Made by a program: the position numbers and the translations under genes. From assembly GCA_964016885.1 (NCBI GenBank), contig OZ024742.1, positions 247,938,001-248,002,000 on the forward strand: a stretch of DNA of 64,000 nucleotides. The letters run 5' to 3'. The notes beneath the pieces were generated by a model, which made no database searches, was not told the origin of the DNA, and was given only the letters and a program-made list of their open reading frames with translations. Shown one piece after another: positions 26,706 to 41,983 of the stretch. Position 1 is the stretch's first letter; the number at the start of each line of letters is the position of its first letter. This DNA is from Eledone cirrhosa (Eukaryota).

Positions 26706-27206
26706 CCTATCTATCTATCTCTCTATCTATTTATCTATCTACCTATCTATCTATTTATCTATCTAATGATCTAGCTGTCGTCTGTTCGATAGCGTAGACG
26801 TAATTCACTTCGCGCAGAAGTTTTGTTCCAATTTATTGCGGAAATTTTGTAAGTTTAATTTTTATTTTGATACTGTTGTGTAGCTTGACCCCCCATCTGA
26901 ACTGTCAGGCGGTGGGTCAGCTCATTTTCGCCCCTCCCAGGGGTGAAAAATCAGTTTTAAAAAAATGTTGTTGCATAAAATTCCAATCGTCTGGGAGAAA
27001 TGTTAAATGAAGCTAACGAAAATAGTGGTGGTGGGGGGGGGGGACAGCGGTAAGAGTTGTAATCTCGCACGCTTTAGTACCCCCCTTCCTTCCCAACTAA
27101 CGTCATAGAGAAGGAAAGAAAAAATAAAATAAAAACAGACGAATGTGCGGAGAAAAATGTCGACGAAAACACAAATCCGGAGATTGATTCCAACAACAAA
27201 AATAAA

Positions 27207-28898
27207 TTGAAAGAATTGCATGACAATATTAATACCACAAACAAAGAAACAACAAACACAAAAATAACATTTGAAAACAACAACATCATAACAGAAAGCA
27301 AAACAGACGACAAAGTCAACACCAATAACATCTCATTTGCACAAACAACAAAAAAATCTTTAACGTACAAACCTGAAAATATTTCAGATGTGGCACAAAG
27401 AATAAAAAACGCCAAACAATTCATAACTCAAGGGGAAAATGGAGCCTTGTCGGTAAAAATGCCCCAAGAACTCACCAAAGATATTGAAAGTCGGACGGTC
27501 GTTTTCCGCACCATCAACAACATCTCAAAAAAGCCACAACAGCCAACACAAGTGGAAATTAAAGCGGTACTTAGAGAAGTATTTAATGAAGCCACTTTCA
27601 TAAGAAGAGACAGGCTGTATGGAGGCCTGACCATTATTATGAAGAACGAATCGGCGGCGAAAAAATATGCTTTGTCGCCGATTCGTTCGACAAATTTTAG
27701 CTTTTATCCATCTTATATGGGTAAAAGAACTCAGCGCATATGGCTGGATGCGATGATGCCAGATATGGACTACTGCTGGCTCATAGCTGGCTTCATCGAT
27801 CCAGCGAATGACAACGTGATTTCCATTGGGAAAACCACAGGCAATGCGTTCAGTAGAACAGGTATAGAACTTGTAGTGCAAATGAAGCCTGAACGCATTG
27901 CCCAAATACCTGACAGAATCCTATTAGAGGGCCACGGGTATATAAACATTAGGGGAGAAGGCCGTCCTGACATATCTGTGCAGGCAGAGGGCACCTGAAT
28001 GCGGCTTGTCCCCAACACAACAAGAAGAAAACCCTGCTACCAACAGCAGCTCCACCACCACCACAACAGATAAACACATAACAAAACTCAGTCCCACCCA
28101 ACCCTTCCCTCAGTAAAACTACACCACCACCACAACATAAACAGTCGCAACACATTACCCAAAAACAAAAAACAGTCCCACCCAACCCCTCACTCAATAA
28201 AACAACACAACCACCGCAGCCACAACACACAAGAGTCTAACATAGTGACATCCATCTCCCCCACAAAGAAAACTAACACGGACACACTACCAGCAAACAT
28301 ACCTCTTCCCTCCAACACTGAAGATAACCCAACGAATTCGGAGGAAGAAACGGAGTCCTTCAGACAGATTAAAAGAAAAAAAAGAAAACATGTGCAAAAC
28401 ACACAAGGCCAAACAGCCCCTACCCAAATGTCAACACAATCCAACAAAACACAAAACATCCCTCCAGCAACAAACAAAATCAAACCTGCCCCTCCCCTCT
28501 TCGAAACACTCACACCATCCGAAAAAAAGACATTACACTATACTTACATCAACAGAAACAATAATAAATTAAATGAACTCATAAACAATAACCCTTCGGT
28601 ACAAACCGAAGGGGTAAACTTTGTTTTTTCAGAAAACAACCCGCAATTAAAATTAATAAAGGTCCCAATGAACCTCTACCAAAAACTAAAAAAGGATTTT
28701 AAGGAGAACGTAGGACCACCCTCTGTTAAACCCATAAACCGGGTCCCCCTAAAAAGCTTTCCCCCTCCTCTCCCCCTCCCCAACACAACTCCAAACACCC
28801 CAACCCCACCACACACTGACGGCCCCACACCACCACAAGGCACCCCTTCACCCAACACCCCCGACCCCATGGAAGTCGTGCGACCCGAACCCCGGTAA
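27207..28898 (+). pseudogene. Tx1 ORF1 (gag-like), frameshifted
   Basis: FYPSYMGKR..IPDRI..INIRGEGRP, then a shifted frame ICAGRGHLNAACP (zinc knuckle remnant), and a P/T-rich C-terminus. Confidence 0.8.
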
Positions 28899-28943
28899 GC
28901 AGAAAGGTAGGTCTCTACACTCTCCTTTGTCTTTGCCGCCCAC

Positions 28944-31900
28944 ATGGATGTGTTAAGAGTAGGATGTTTGAATGCACGTGGCCTGGGCTTAACTTGGAAG
29001 CAAGCAAAGCTTCTAAATGACCTCAGGTCACGTGGTATAAATGTAATGGTTATCTGTGAGACTCGGATCAGCGTCGTGCGGCAGCTGGCCCCTACCTTCG
29101 ATGACTTTGAGGTGCACGCATCTCTCTGTCAACCTGGAAGTGGGGATGGGGTTGTTGTACTGCTGGAAAAACACCTGGCTCTCGCCGTACAGGTTGTTCA
29201 CTCGGACCCGGAAGTCGTTTGTTGGTGCTAGACGTTGTCAGTAGTGGAGGTGCGGCCTTGAGACTGGTCGCCGTCTACTCCCCTTTCGGAGCTGAACGAC
29301 CCGACTTCTTCCAGCGTCTGGAGACGTTTCTGGCAACGTCGCGTTCCCTGCTTCTAGCGGGGGACTGGAATGACATCCTAGATCCACGTTGGGACTATGC
29401 AGGAGCATGTCCTAATAGAGGGGGGTGTAAAAGCCTCAAGGGGTTACTCGACCGTTTTAACTTGGTCGATAGATATCGACTAGATTTTCCAACTGTGCCA
29501 ACCTGGAGTTGGACGAACCATAGTGGTCAATCTAGATCGTACTTAGATAGATTCTTAGTTAGAAGTAAGGATAGGGACATATTAAGCTGTCCAGAAATGC
29601 TCACGGTTGGCTATACAGATCACAAATTAGTGACCTGCGTACTCAACTTCGAGAGAACACATAGACAGGGTCCCGGTTACTGGAAACTTAATTTGTCTTT
29701 ACCGGCAAAAGAGGCTTACAGAGACCGGATTAGCAGATCAGTTAAGGAGAGGTTGACGGGTGCAATCGTCAACAACCGATGGTGGGCATCTCTCAAAAGA
29801 GAGATTAGAACAGAATCAATAAGTTATAGCAAGATGTTAGCTGCCGATAGGAATAGGAACGGGAAAGAATTAACAGGTAAATTAGAAGAGGCAATCAAGA
29901 GCGAAGATGTGGCCAGAGTGCTGGCATCGAGGACGGCCGTGAGCCAGTTTTTCGATGCAACGCACGAAAGCTGCGTCATTCGAAGTAAAATACATGCTCT
30001 AGGTAATGAGGGGCCAAAGCCGTTGGCTGGGCCCGCGTGACAGAAGCTAAGAGTGGAAATCGATCCACCATCCGGTCTTTGCAAGACGAGGATGGACGGG
30101 TGATCCGGGAGCCTAAGCAGATGTGCGAGGCCTTTCAAAGGCACTTTGCCCGATTGCTCGGGGGAGGCGAGAGTCCGGGCGGGGAGTGGATTTCGGTCCA
30201 TACGTCGACGGCCTGCCGCGTCTCTCGAGCGAAGAGGCAGAGTCCTGCGAGGGACCAATCTCGGTTGATGAGATCGGGGATGCGCTGAGCCAATGTAGCA
30301 GACGCAAATCTTCAGGTCTCGATGGTATACCTTACGAACTTTATTTAGCATTGCCGGTCTTCTTCTCCGAACTCCTCGAAGCAGTCTACTGCAATTGGCA
30401 GCAGAACGGGCGAATTCCTTGTTCTGTAGCCAAGGGCGTAGGCTCGCTGGTGAGGAAGGCCGAGAACAAGGGGGATAGTATAAATAGTTTTCGGCCCATA
30501 ACCCTGCTAAACACAGAGTTAAAGATTTTGGCCAAGGTGTTAACAAAGAGGTTGGCGCGTGTCGTGGGTAGCCTGGTGGGAGATGCGCAGACATGTGCTA
30601 TCCCATCCAGGTCCATTCACGACAACCTCCATCTCATGCGATACATCATAGAGAGGGTTGGCAACAAACCCGGCTTCGGTGGGGCCCTGATCAACTTGGA
30701 TCAGCCTAAGGCGTTCGATAGGGTCGACCATGGTTACCTGGATGCGGTGCTTGCGGCGGCTGGGTTCCGTCCTGTTCTCAGAGGCTGGATCACTGCCTTA
30801 CATAGCAACCACATCTGTTCTAGGATCAAGGTGAACGGCTACCTTTCGAAGCCGTTCGAAATCACACGATCCATTCGACAGGGGTGCCCTCTCTCCTCCC
30901 TTCTGTACGTATTGACTCTCGAGCCTTTACTGAGGAAGTTGGAGTTGTTGCAGGGTATCCCCCTGGAACCAGGATTGAGCAAAGCGGTGTCGGCCTACGC
31001 CGATGACGTAACCGTAATGATATCGACCGACTCGGAGATCGAGGCGATCGGTACCTTACTGGAGGAATACGAAAGGTTGTCAGGAGCGAAACTGAACCGG
31101 GAAAAATCCATCGGGCTGCAACTCTGAACGTGGAGAGGCAGACCGAAGCCTCCCGACTGTGTCGTCGGATACTGGACGGAGGGCCCGGTGAAGTTGCTTG
31201 GGGTCTGGTTTGGACCGGACCTCCAGGTGGAAAAGAACTGGGGCGAGGTTACGAGCAAGGTGTTTGCACTGACCCAGAAATGGGCCAAGTGTAAGCTGTC
31301 CCTGAAAGGTCGGGCGGAGGTGGCGAATATTTGCATAGCGTCCGTCACTTACTACCGCCTGACTGTCGTGCCTTGCCCTAAGGAAACACTCACCACCATG
31401 GAACGCATGCTCTTTCAATTTCTTTGGAAGAAGCGCCCTCCTATGGTGAGAAAATCCATCGGCTGACAACAACCTTCGAAAGGAGGGCTGGGCATGCCGT
31501 GGTTGATGGTGCGTAGGCACGCATTAAGGCTACGTCACCTACAGGTATTCCTCACTGGTCAACCGGTGTGGGCTCTGTTCGTGAGATGAGCCTTTCCGAG
31601 ACTCGTCTCGCTCACCGAGCTGCAGTCCTGGGTCAAGCAAAGATCCGGAAAACTGGGCGACTGGCACACTGAGTGTGTCCAGGCGCTCAGGGCTCTCTGG
31701 CAAGCGGACCCGGCCATCGGTGGAGAATCCACCTCGTCATTATATAGAGGGCTGGTGGCTAGCAGGGGCGATGACACCCTTGGAGAGTCGCTGGACATGG
31801 AAGAGGACGAACTGGCCAGCCTGTTCGGTAGGACTTTCGGCCCGGGACCAATGGACAACTTCCAGAAGTCACTGGCCTGGCAGTGCTACCGGTGGGCTCT

Positions 31901-32378
31901 ACCAGTTCTGAAAAAGCTCTACAGACACGGGCGCCCGGGCAGGGATCCCTCAAAAAAGATTTGCCCTAGATGCGTGCGTCACGAAGAAACCGTTGCGCAC
32001 GCATTGGTGCACTGTCCGGGCGTGGCTGATCTGTGGGGCTACGCCGAACGACTGTTCGCGCGAGTGGCGCCGATTCGATTGACCGCCGAGTCCGTGATAA
32101 CAATCAAGCCGCCTCCCCTCTTCACAAAGGAAGCAAAGGCGGTTTTTCTGTGCGTAATAGCCATGTTGAAAGAGGTTGTTTGGTGGAAACGATTGAAAGG
32201 TCTGAGGTCAGGCAACTTCCTCTCTGGCCATAGTCTGGTCTACTTCTTCCGATATCACTTCGGAAGAAGGATAAGAATGGAGAGAGAGGTGCTTGGCCAC
32301 AGGCAGTTTTATGAAAGGTGGGTGATAGTGGCGAGAATGACTCGTGTAAATGGGCCTTCTCTGTATACCATCCTGTAG
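28944..32378 (+). pseudogene. Tx1 ORF2 (APE endonuclease, RT, C-terminal CCHC), disrupted
   Basis: CLNARGL, LLAGDWN, SYLDRF, TDHK, FRPITLLN, KAFDRVDH, RQGCPLS, AYADD and CPRC..HALVHC, spread over several frames. Confidence 0.93.
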
Positions 32379-32673
32379 GTAAAGAAGTGAAGGAGAGGGG
32401 AGCACCTTCTCCATGTGCTCCCCGGGCAAAGGATTGCACACTTTTTCTGGGGTGTGTGCAACCCCCATCACGTCGCCTCCCTTTTGAGGTTGTTTTTGAT
32501 TATTTTCATTTCATACCCTTTTTACTCGGTTTTATGTAAACTCCCCCTTTGTCTTTGTATTTGTCTCTTCTTTTTATGCCTTTATGGTAAATAAAGAAAT
32601 ATATCTATTTATCTATCTATTTATCTATCTATCTACCTATCTATCTATCTATATATCTATCTGTTTCTCTGTG

Positions 32674-32749
<76 letters not shown>

Positions 32750-33029
32750 TGTGTATATATATGTGCGTGTGCGCGTGTGTGTATGTTTCTGTGTGTGTGC
32801 GTCTTTGTGTAAGTATGTGTGTTTGTATGGCTGTGACTGCGTTTGTGTGCCTATGCGCCTGATTTCGCTTGTGTGCATGAATGTGTGTTATTTTGTAATT
32901 ATTTACTTAATAGTTATTTTGAGAGAATATTCTTCTTTTCATCATCACATTCTTGTTTTTCATAGAGTTGGAGTTGTTATTAATGAACTATCAGTATCGA
33001 TTGAGCATCGGACAACAAACTTTGTGGCA

Positions 33030-33200
33030 TATAGTTAAGGTAATTTACATTCTGAGTTCAAATCCCGCCGAAGTTAGCTTTGCTTTTAATCTGTACGGGC
33101 TCGATATAATAAAGCACCAGTAATGCACTGAGATTGATTAGATCGATTCACTCCTTCCTTTCCAATTGCTAGCCTTGTCCCAGATGTAGAAACAATTGTT
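33030..33200 (+). mobile_element. Meta-type SINE, diverged
   Basis: ctgagttcaaatcccgccgaagttagctttgc..accagtaatgcactg..gccttgtcccagatgtagaaacaatt. Confidence 0.75.
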
Positions 33201-33269
33201 ATTGTTGATGTTGATATCATTGTTATAATCATCATCATCACCATCGCCTAGAAAGATAGGCAGTTTTAT

Positions 33270-33440
33270 ATGCCTGGTGGCCATTGCGAAACAGGTCTTG
33301 TGGTTGACACGTTCGAAAGGGTTGATCTCAAGCGAAGCATTGAATAAGTTTTCACTTAAAGAGAAAAATCAGTGTGGAGAGAGAAGGTTGCCTTATAGCT
33401 AGTTTGTTGAAAGGTGGGTCAGAGAAATGCACCGTCCCTT
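33270..33440 (+). pseudogene. Degenerate Tx1 ORF2 3' fragment
   Basis: FHLKRKISVEREG...FVERWV resembles YHFGRRIRMEREVL...FYERWV of the full element. Confidence 0.5.
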
Positions 33441-34761
33441 ATCGTATCTATTGTTTGCTCAATCGATTCTAATTGATATTGCGATCGATCAAGCCCAGTG
33501 ATGCTGAAAATTAAATGGAAAATATCAATAAGTATCCAGACCTTGCACACACTATTAGAATTGAGTACCATATAGAGACAGATGTCTTGCCAATCCTCAA
33601 TGGGGTTTAGACAAGGTCCCTAAATGCCTTACGATTTTCATCAAAAGCCTTGGGATCCCGGAGTTCAATGTTTTGTCAGGGAAGTAACCATGCCCCTTTT
33701 CAGAGCCTCAGAGACTGGTGTCAGGGAAGTTGAAAGATATATTACGTTATAAACGAAAAGCCTACCAGGATGCGTGCAACAGAGTGAATTCCAGTAAAGA
33801 AACTAAAATAGAAAGAGGTGGTGTTGAACTAGGCTTCAGTTTAACTCTACATCAAACGAACCACAACGGGATTTCAACTCCGAATATTAAGATTTGAAAG
33901 TAAAGTAACATGTATGTCCTAATAGTTTCTCCAATCCATCGCTATGAACTTGTATTTTATTTAAACAAGCTGCAAAGAATGTACGCTAAAGAGGACCACG
34001 GTCGTATTTGAAATTAAACCTGGAATGTTAATTTTGTTCAGGCGGACGAGAGAATTTACCGTCCATATTTCTAAAATATTTTCTTCAATGTTCCGTAGCT
34101 TCAAATTGTGAAGGCGCATGGTCAAGTGGTCGGTGTGTTAATCACACTATGGAAGGTTGTGGGTTCGATTAAATAACGATTACAACAATATTCATGGCTA
34201 TGTAAATCTGCATTGCATAAAATAAAATGATTTTTAAGGCCAAGATCAGCCTTGATTGACATTACCGACAACATTCCAGCAACGGGGAACCCGTCTGTAT
34301 AAGACTAAATTATCAAAGGTGCTTTTTTCCTTTTTTAAAGAAAGTATTGTGTGATTTAAGGGATAGTTTTGTTTTTTCTGGAAGGTCTCTCAGCCATTTC
34401 AGACACATTTGCTAGACCATTAAAGGATTGTTTAAATGTTATTTGGCGATAACATTATATTCGAATGCTGCTATGCATCTGTGCTATGTTACAAATAATC
34501 CTGATCATCATAGAGCCTGCATTTAATTCTCCGACCACTACCGACCATCCACACACCTACTCATTCCATCGCAGTAAACAGAATACAATCATTTATCAGA
34601 TTGTACACATCATCACGTGGTTGCTATCAACCAGTGAATTATCGTATTTCTTCCCATACAGAATGTTATTACATTGTTTCTCTTAGAATGTATTAACAGA
34701 CAAAGTAAAATGAACAATTTAAATATACGTATAAGCATATGCAGGAATATATAAACATATA

Positions 34762-35051
<290 letters not shown>

Positions 35052-35143
35052 CATATACACACACACATATTCATATACACACATTATATTATATGCAGGT
35101 AACCGATTATTCAATATATATACATATATATGTGTATACATAC

Positions 35144-35252
<109 letters not shown>

Positions 35253-35348
35253 AAGTGAGTAGAATAAAGATATAATTATAAAATACATAAATAGATATAA
35301 AATAAATATCATATATACATACACACAAGTATACGCACACCCACACAT

Positions 35349-35399
<51 letters not shown>

Positions 35400-35678
35400 C
35401 GGGAAGGGTGCGTGTGTGTGTTTAAGTAGTAAGGGGTGTATGAATGTTTATATGTATATATAATTGCACAAAAAAAAAAATAAATAGAAGACGGAACAAC
35501 AATCAGTTTAAATGTTTCCAGATCAAATAGACATCATTGCTGCACCGAATTTAAAATCCTTTTACTGCCATATACTTTAGAGCGGAATCAACCATGGTTG
35601 TGATGGACTAAATTAAAAACATAACACATACAACAACAATTAGAACAATAAGTAAAACAATTGTAACAACAACAACAA

Positions 35679-35740
<62 letters not shown>

Positions 35741-36816
35741 GCAACGGTAAACACAAAATACGGTAAAAACAGCAACAGTACGAACAGCAACGCTAAAAGC
35801 AATGATATAAATAATAATACAAGAGCAATAAGAAACTCCAGAAACCCCCACAACAACAACGACAGGAGTAATAATAGTCATAAAATGACAGCATCAGTAC
35901 TATTAGTAACATCAACAATAACAGCAAAATTAGCAATGAGAAAAACAAGGAAATAGCAACAATATAACAAGAAAAACATAAAAAAACGGAAACAATTACA
36001 ACAAAATAATAACCTCAACAATAATAATAACACAACGCATAATAATAACAACAACAATGGAAGTAATAGAAATAAAAATTACAATGACATATACAATAAG
36101 AATAACATCAACAGCAAAAGTAATAGCAATAACAACATAAACATGAATAATAAAAAAAAAACAATAATAAAAGCAGTAATACCAGTAGTAAAATAACAAT
36201 AACTACAACAGTAATAACAATATACACAATAATAACAAATACTGCAGCAGCATCACTATCGACAACGATAACAGCTGTAATAACAAAAGCACAATAAGCA
36301 ATAACAACAACACAAACAACTATAAAATGACAACAACAGCACCATCATCAACAACAATAAAAACAGCAACGACAAAAGCAATAACATCGACAGTTACAAT
36401 AACAGTAAGAGAAATAACAGAAATAACAATAACAATAACAACAACAACAACGATAACAGAGGCTCTGTCAGCAATGAGAGAAACTAAAGATAATTTCCTT
36501 CAATTGCCAATTCTTGATCCATAAAGATCAAAGAAAAACAAAATGACGTTTCTATTATACCGCCATGTTTTTCTCTTCCGCCATATTTTTTCTAATTTAT
36601 CTCCCTTTATTCTCCTTACTTCTCCCCTCCCCCCGTCTTTCTACGTTGATCGCCACTTTTAATTTTGTATTGTATTTGAAGATGGTTCTTCGTTTCTTTT
36701 GAACCTGCCGCAACGTATTCGGTAATCTAACCAACTCATTAAAGAGCATGTAGATTAGAACTTCCAGGAATCTGGTGGTTTCCGGCTGAACAAGCTACGC
36801 ATATATATTTACACAA

Positions 36817-36874
<58 letters not shown>

Positions 36875-36876
36875 GG

Positions 36877-36923
<47 letters not shown>

Positions 36924-36943
36924 CAGATAAATAGATATATAGA

Positions 36944-36979
<36 letters not shown>

Positions 36980-37557
36980 TATGTATATGTATATGCTCAT
37001 ATATATATACATACACACACACACACGCCCTCACACAAAACACACACATATATCTATATATATGTATGTAACTTATATATATATATATATAAATCGAGAG
37101 TATGCGCGTTGGTATTTAAGTAGTAAGGTGAGTGTGTATGTTTGTATGTATGAATGCGCCTACACGTGTGGTGTTGGATAGTTAGATATAGGGACAGATA
37201 GGTAAATGGATATAGGCGGAATGCTTTGTATGTGTGTGTGTGTGTATGTGTGTGTGTGTATGTGTATATATGTTTGTGTGTGTGTGCGTGTGTGTGTGTA
37301 TGTGTATGCGTGTGTGTTGGAGAGACATATGTATAGATAGATGGTTAGACAGAGTGGTGTTGTAGAGAAATGTAAAGGAAAACGTTTCCTGTTCTTTAGC
37401 AATGTCTAAACGACAACGAAATTCTTCAGATCTTTTTCTCAATATGTAACATATAATGTTTACATCCTTTCTTTTAGCTATGTTATAGCTAATTCTTGCC
37501 GTTTATTGTTAATCATTTATGTAAACCAAAATACTCATACATTACACACAAATATCC

Positions 37558-37588
<31 letters not shown>

Positions 37589-37759
37589 CGTGATTACATA
37601 CATATATACATGCATACATACATATTTACATACACACAAACAAGAATATATATTCTTTATTTTGATAATTTTCATGTAAATTTCTTTTACATTCAGATTC
37701 TTCATATTTCCGATTGTCTTCTAAATCCATTCCACAACAAACAATTATTCAGTATTACG

Positions 37760-37834
<75 letters not shown>

Positions 37835-38111
37835 TTATATATATGTATGTGTGTATATTTATTTATTTCGTTCATTAAAGAGCAATAAAATAAGGTACCT
37901 TTGAAAGACGAGGAATTAAGCAAAATTTTAAAACGTCTCATGCGATAACTTTTACTACTTGTTTGGATTTTTCTCGACCAGAATTCACAGCATGCGGAGG
38001 CCACATGCGGAGGCCATTCATTCATTCTAGTTGTTTCTGGTAGTACTGGTGCCGGGCGTGTTGTTGTTGGTGTTGGTTGTGTGGATGTTGTCGTTGTTGT
38101 TGTTGATGCGG

Positions 38112-38575
38112 TAGATACATTTCTTTATTAGCCACAGGGCACAAAATAAGGGGATAAATACAAATGGGGAGTTTACATGCAGGTATATGAAAATAAAACT
38201 ATTAATAAAATAACAAATAACAATTGAAATCCCCAATGAGGGGGAGGCGTTACACAGGGGTTGTACACACCCCGAAAGAAATGTACAACACTAATCTCCA
38301 GGAGCACCTAGAGTGAGTACTCCCTTCCTCTCTTCCTCTTTTTCCTCAACCTACAGGCTTATATAGAGAGAAGGCCAACCACTCGGGCCATCTTTGCCAC
38401 ATTCACCCACCTTTTATAAAATTTGCTGGGGTACAGCACCTCTCTCTCCATCCTGATTCTTCTTCCAAAATGATATTTGCAAAAACGAATCAGTTGTTCG
38501 CCGGAGAGAAAGGTGTTTGACCTCAGCCCTGTTAACCTCGTCCACCATATAACCTCTTTCACCATAGCCTCTTTC
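38112..38575 (-). mobile_element. 3' fragment of the Tx1-clade LINE
   Basis: AMVKEVIWWTRLTGLRS..YHFGRRIRMEREVL..RWV plus the same 3' UTR ending aataaagaaatgtatcta. Confidence 0.88.
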
Positions 38576-38845
38576 ACATAGGAAAAGTGTAGTTGTTGAT
38601 GATGGATGGTGATCGTGGTGTATGTGTTGGTGATAATGTGGACATTTATTATAGTGTCAGTAATTTGTTTCGTGATGAGGTTGTAGAGTGTGTTACTGAT
38701 AATGTTATTTGATAATATTGAGAGTATAGAGTTATTTGGTGTAATGAGAATTGTCGTGGTCTTGATGGTGTCGACAATGATGAAGATGAAGAACAAAATC
38801 ATGGGGAAGTTAAAGTAGAACAAATACAATGATGTTATATAAAGG

Positions 38846-39023
38846 TTGGCAGTATCGGTAGAGGGTCGGACGCCATGCTTTGCAGCAAAGAGTTACAGCC
38901 CTTTATGATCTGAGTTCAAATCCCGCCGAGGTTAACTTTGCCTTTCATCCTTACAGGGTCGATAAAATAAAGTACCAGTAATGCACTGGAATAATTGTCG
39001 GCCTTGTGCCAAAAGTAGAAATA
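38846..39023 (+). mobile_element. Meta-type tRNA-SINE with TSD
   Basis: A and B boxes, central domain and tail. gttatataaaggttgg is duplicated at 38834-38849 and 39024-39039. Confidence 0.9.
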
Positions 39024-39380
39024 GTTATATAAAGGTTGGTGACGGAGGTTGAATATGGTTGTACGCATTCTCATTACGTTAGGGCTAATGCTGATAGTAA
39101 GGAATTTGTTTATATCCTGATGATAAGGATGATGAAAAGGTTATTGTGAAATCCATATACTATTTTTACGACACGCAGTTATGCAGTCCTGTTCAAAACT
39201 GTGCCAGAATCCGGCGATGGACGATTGGGGAATGTTGATGGTTTGTTCTCTGTTTACTTGTCCATGTTTTCACTTGGTTTTATTGTCTTCCCGCAATGTT
39301 CCTCTTTCCACTGCCTCCGTTTCTCCGTTGCTTTACTGTCATTGTCACCTTTTACCTTTATGTTCATGTATACCAACACA

Positions 39381-39446
<66 letters not shown>

Positions 39447-39468
39447 ATGTATGCGTATGCATACATAA

Positions 39469-39685
<217 letters not shown>

Positions 39686-39817
39686 TATATACATATTCAT
39701 ATATATATATATATATACATATATATATACATATATATATACAGTATATATATATATGTATATATATATATGTATATTTATATATATATGTATATGTATA
39801 TATACATATATATATAC

Positions 39818-39881
<64 letters not shown>

Positions 39882-39913
39882 ATATATATATGAATTTATG
39901 TTTGCATACGCAT

Positions 39914-39952
<39 letters not shown>

Positions 39953-40250
39953 CGTATATATGTATATATATATATATATATATTATATATGAATGTGTGT
40001 GTATCCGTGTATTTGCGTATGTTGTAAACGTAACCAATTTTCTTCAATCACTCAATCATCCTCTTTTTTACTTTATTTCTTCAACTTCCGTTTGAATTCC
40101 CTGATTTATAGCCATGCATTTCTTTCCCTCCTTCATTTGTTCTTTCTTTATAAATGTCTTTCTTTCTCCTAACTTTTCTTCTATTTTTTTATATTCCTTT
40201 TGCATACAAACATACATAAATATACACATGAATCCCTACACGCATATATT

Positions 40251-40262
40251 CATACCTACTTG

Positions 40263-40304
<42 letters not shown>

Positions 40305-40354
40305 CCTACTTGCCTATATATATATATATATATGCATATATACATACCTACTTG

Positions 40355-40392
<38 letters not shown>

Positions 40393-40480
40393 CATACCTA
40401 CTTGCCTATATATATATATATATATATATACATACCTACTTTCCTATATATATATATATATATATATACATACCTACTTG

Positions 40481-40482
<2 letters not shown>
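40251..40482. repeat. Six copies of CATACCTACTTGCC separated by variable (TA)n
   Basis: Copies start at ~40251, 40301, 40343, 40393, 40431 and 40469. Confidence 0.9.
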
Positions 40483-40528
<46 letters not shown>

Positions 40529-40564
40529 TATACATATATATACATTTATATATATATATATTCG

Positions 40565-40600
<36 letters not shown>

Positions 40601-40601
40601 C

Positions 40602-40633
<32 letters not shown>

Positions 40634-40881
40634 ATATGTATATATATATACACAATTACAAACTCACACATCTCTATATATCTATATATATGTATGTATA
40701 TGTATGTGTGTATGTGTATGCAACCATCTAATTCATCGCTCTGTTGCGTTACATATTTCGAAATCACCGTCCCTCATAGTGAAACAAAATCTCTACGAGA
40801 TATACAATATATACACGCACATATATCGATACATGTATGTGTAAGTGTGTGTACATTCAGACATCCATACACATCCATATA

Positions 40882-40914
<33 letters not shown>

Positions 40915-40997
40915 GCACACACATATATATATATGTATATTTCTATATCTATCTATCTATCTATCTAGCTCTCTCTCTCTCTCTCTCTCTGTATATA

Positions 40998-41078
<81 letters not shown>

Positions 41079-41080
<2 letters not shown>

Positions 41081-41257
41081 CGAAGGAAATGTGGTGGACC
41101 ATAACGCACCAAAGTACTCAATACTTAGTGTAGTAGCGTGGGTAATAGGAACAAGTAAGACCCCGACGGCTGAGCACAAGCCGTTTCGACTGCTAATTTT
41201 AGACTGAATTAGCCGTCGAAACGGCTTGAGCTCAGCCGTCGGGGTCTTACTTGTTCC

Positions 41258-41260
<3 letters not shown>
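41079..41260. mobile_element. Short fold-back of the 3' end of the 11285-12494 family, between (TA)n tracts
   Basis: ataggaacaagtaagaccccgacggctgagc..agccgtttcgac / gtcgaaacggcttgagctcagccgtcggggtcttacttgttcctat. The left arm extends to terminus aacgaagg. Confidence 0.88.
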
Positions 41261-41298
<38 letters not shown>

Positions 41299-41531
41299 AT
41301 ACAAAAGCATTTACGTCACTGTCTAAATGTATGTAAATGATATGTCCATGTCTTTTCCTGTCAATATGCTCATCCATATTCTCGCCATGATGTATGGGTA
41401 TCTTCCACTGTAAAATATTTTTTTCTTTCCTTTCTCAAGGTATATACATGTTTCTCTCGATATGCTATATCACACATGCACACACACACTACTCATATAT
41501 CCATACACCCACACACATACATACACACACC

Positions 41532-41617
<86 letters not shown>

Positions 41618-41624
41618 TGTATCA

Positions 41625-41672
<48 letters not shown>

Positions 41673-41713
41673 ATATATATATACATCCTGTGTGTGTGTA
41701 TATATACATATGC

Positions 41714-41777
<64 letters not shown>

Positions 41778-41781
<4 letters not shown>

Positions 41782-41856
41782 AATTGACAAACGTAGATAT
41801 ATGATTATAAAAATACTGGATATAATGTTGAATATCACTTATATCACCGGGTAATG

Positions 41857-41918
<62 letters not shown>

Positions 41919-41935
41919 TCAGGTTTGAGGTTCAC

Positions 41936-41983
<48 letters not shown>

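Larger units (their letters stand above)
26766..32600 (+). mobile_element. Full-length Tx1-clade (L1 group) LINE flanked by (TATC)n on both sides
   Basis: ORF1 and ORF2 remnants, 3' aataaagaaat, (TATC)n at 26632-26765 and 32601-32660. Confidence 0.92.

Noticed and set aside
34110-34150. tRNA-like A/B boxes
   Set aside because: SINE head fragment with no cloverleaf. No true tRNA gene is supported in the window.
39110-39145. CTGATGA..GAAA
   Set aside because: No stem II or stem I pairing.
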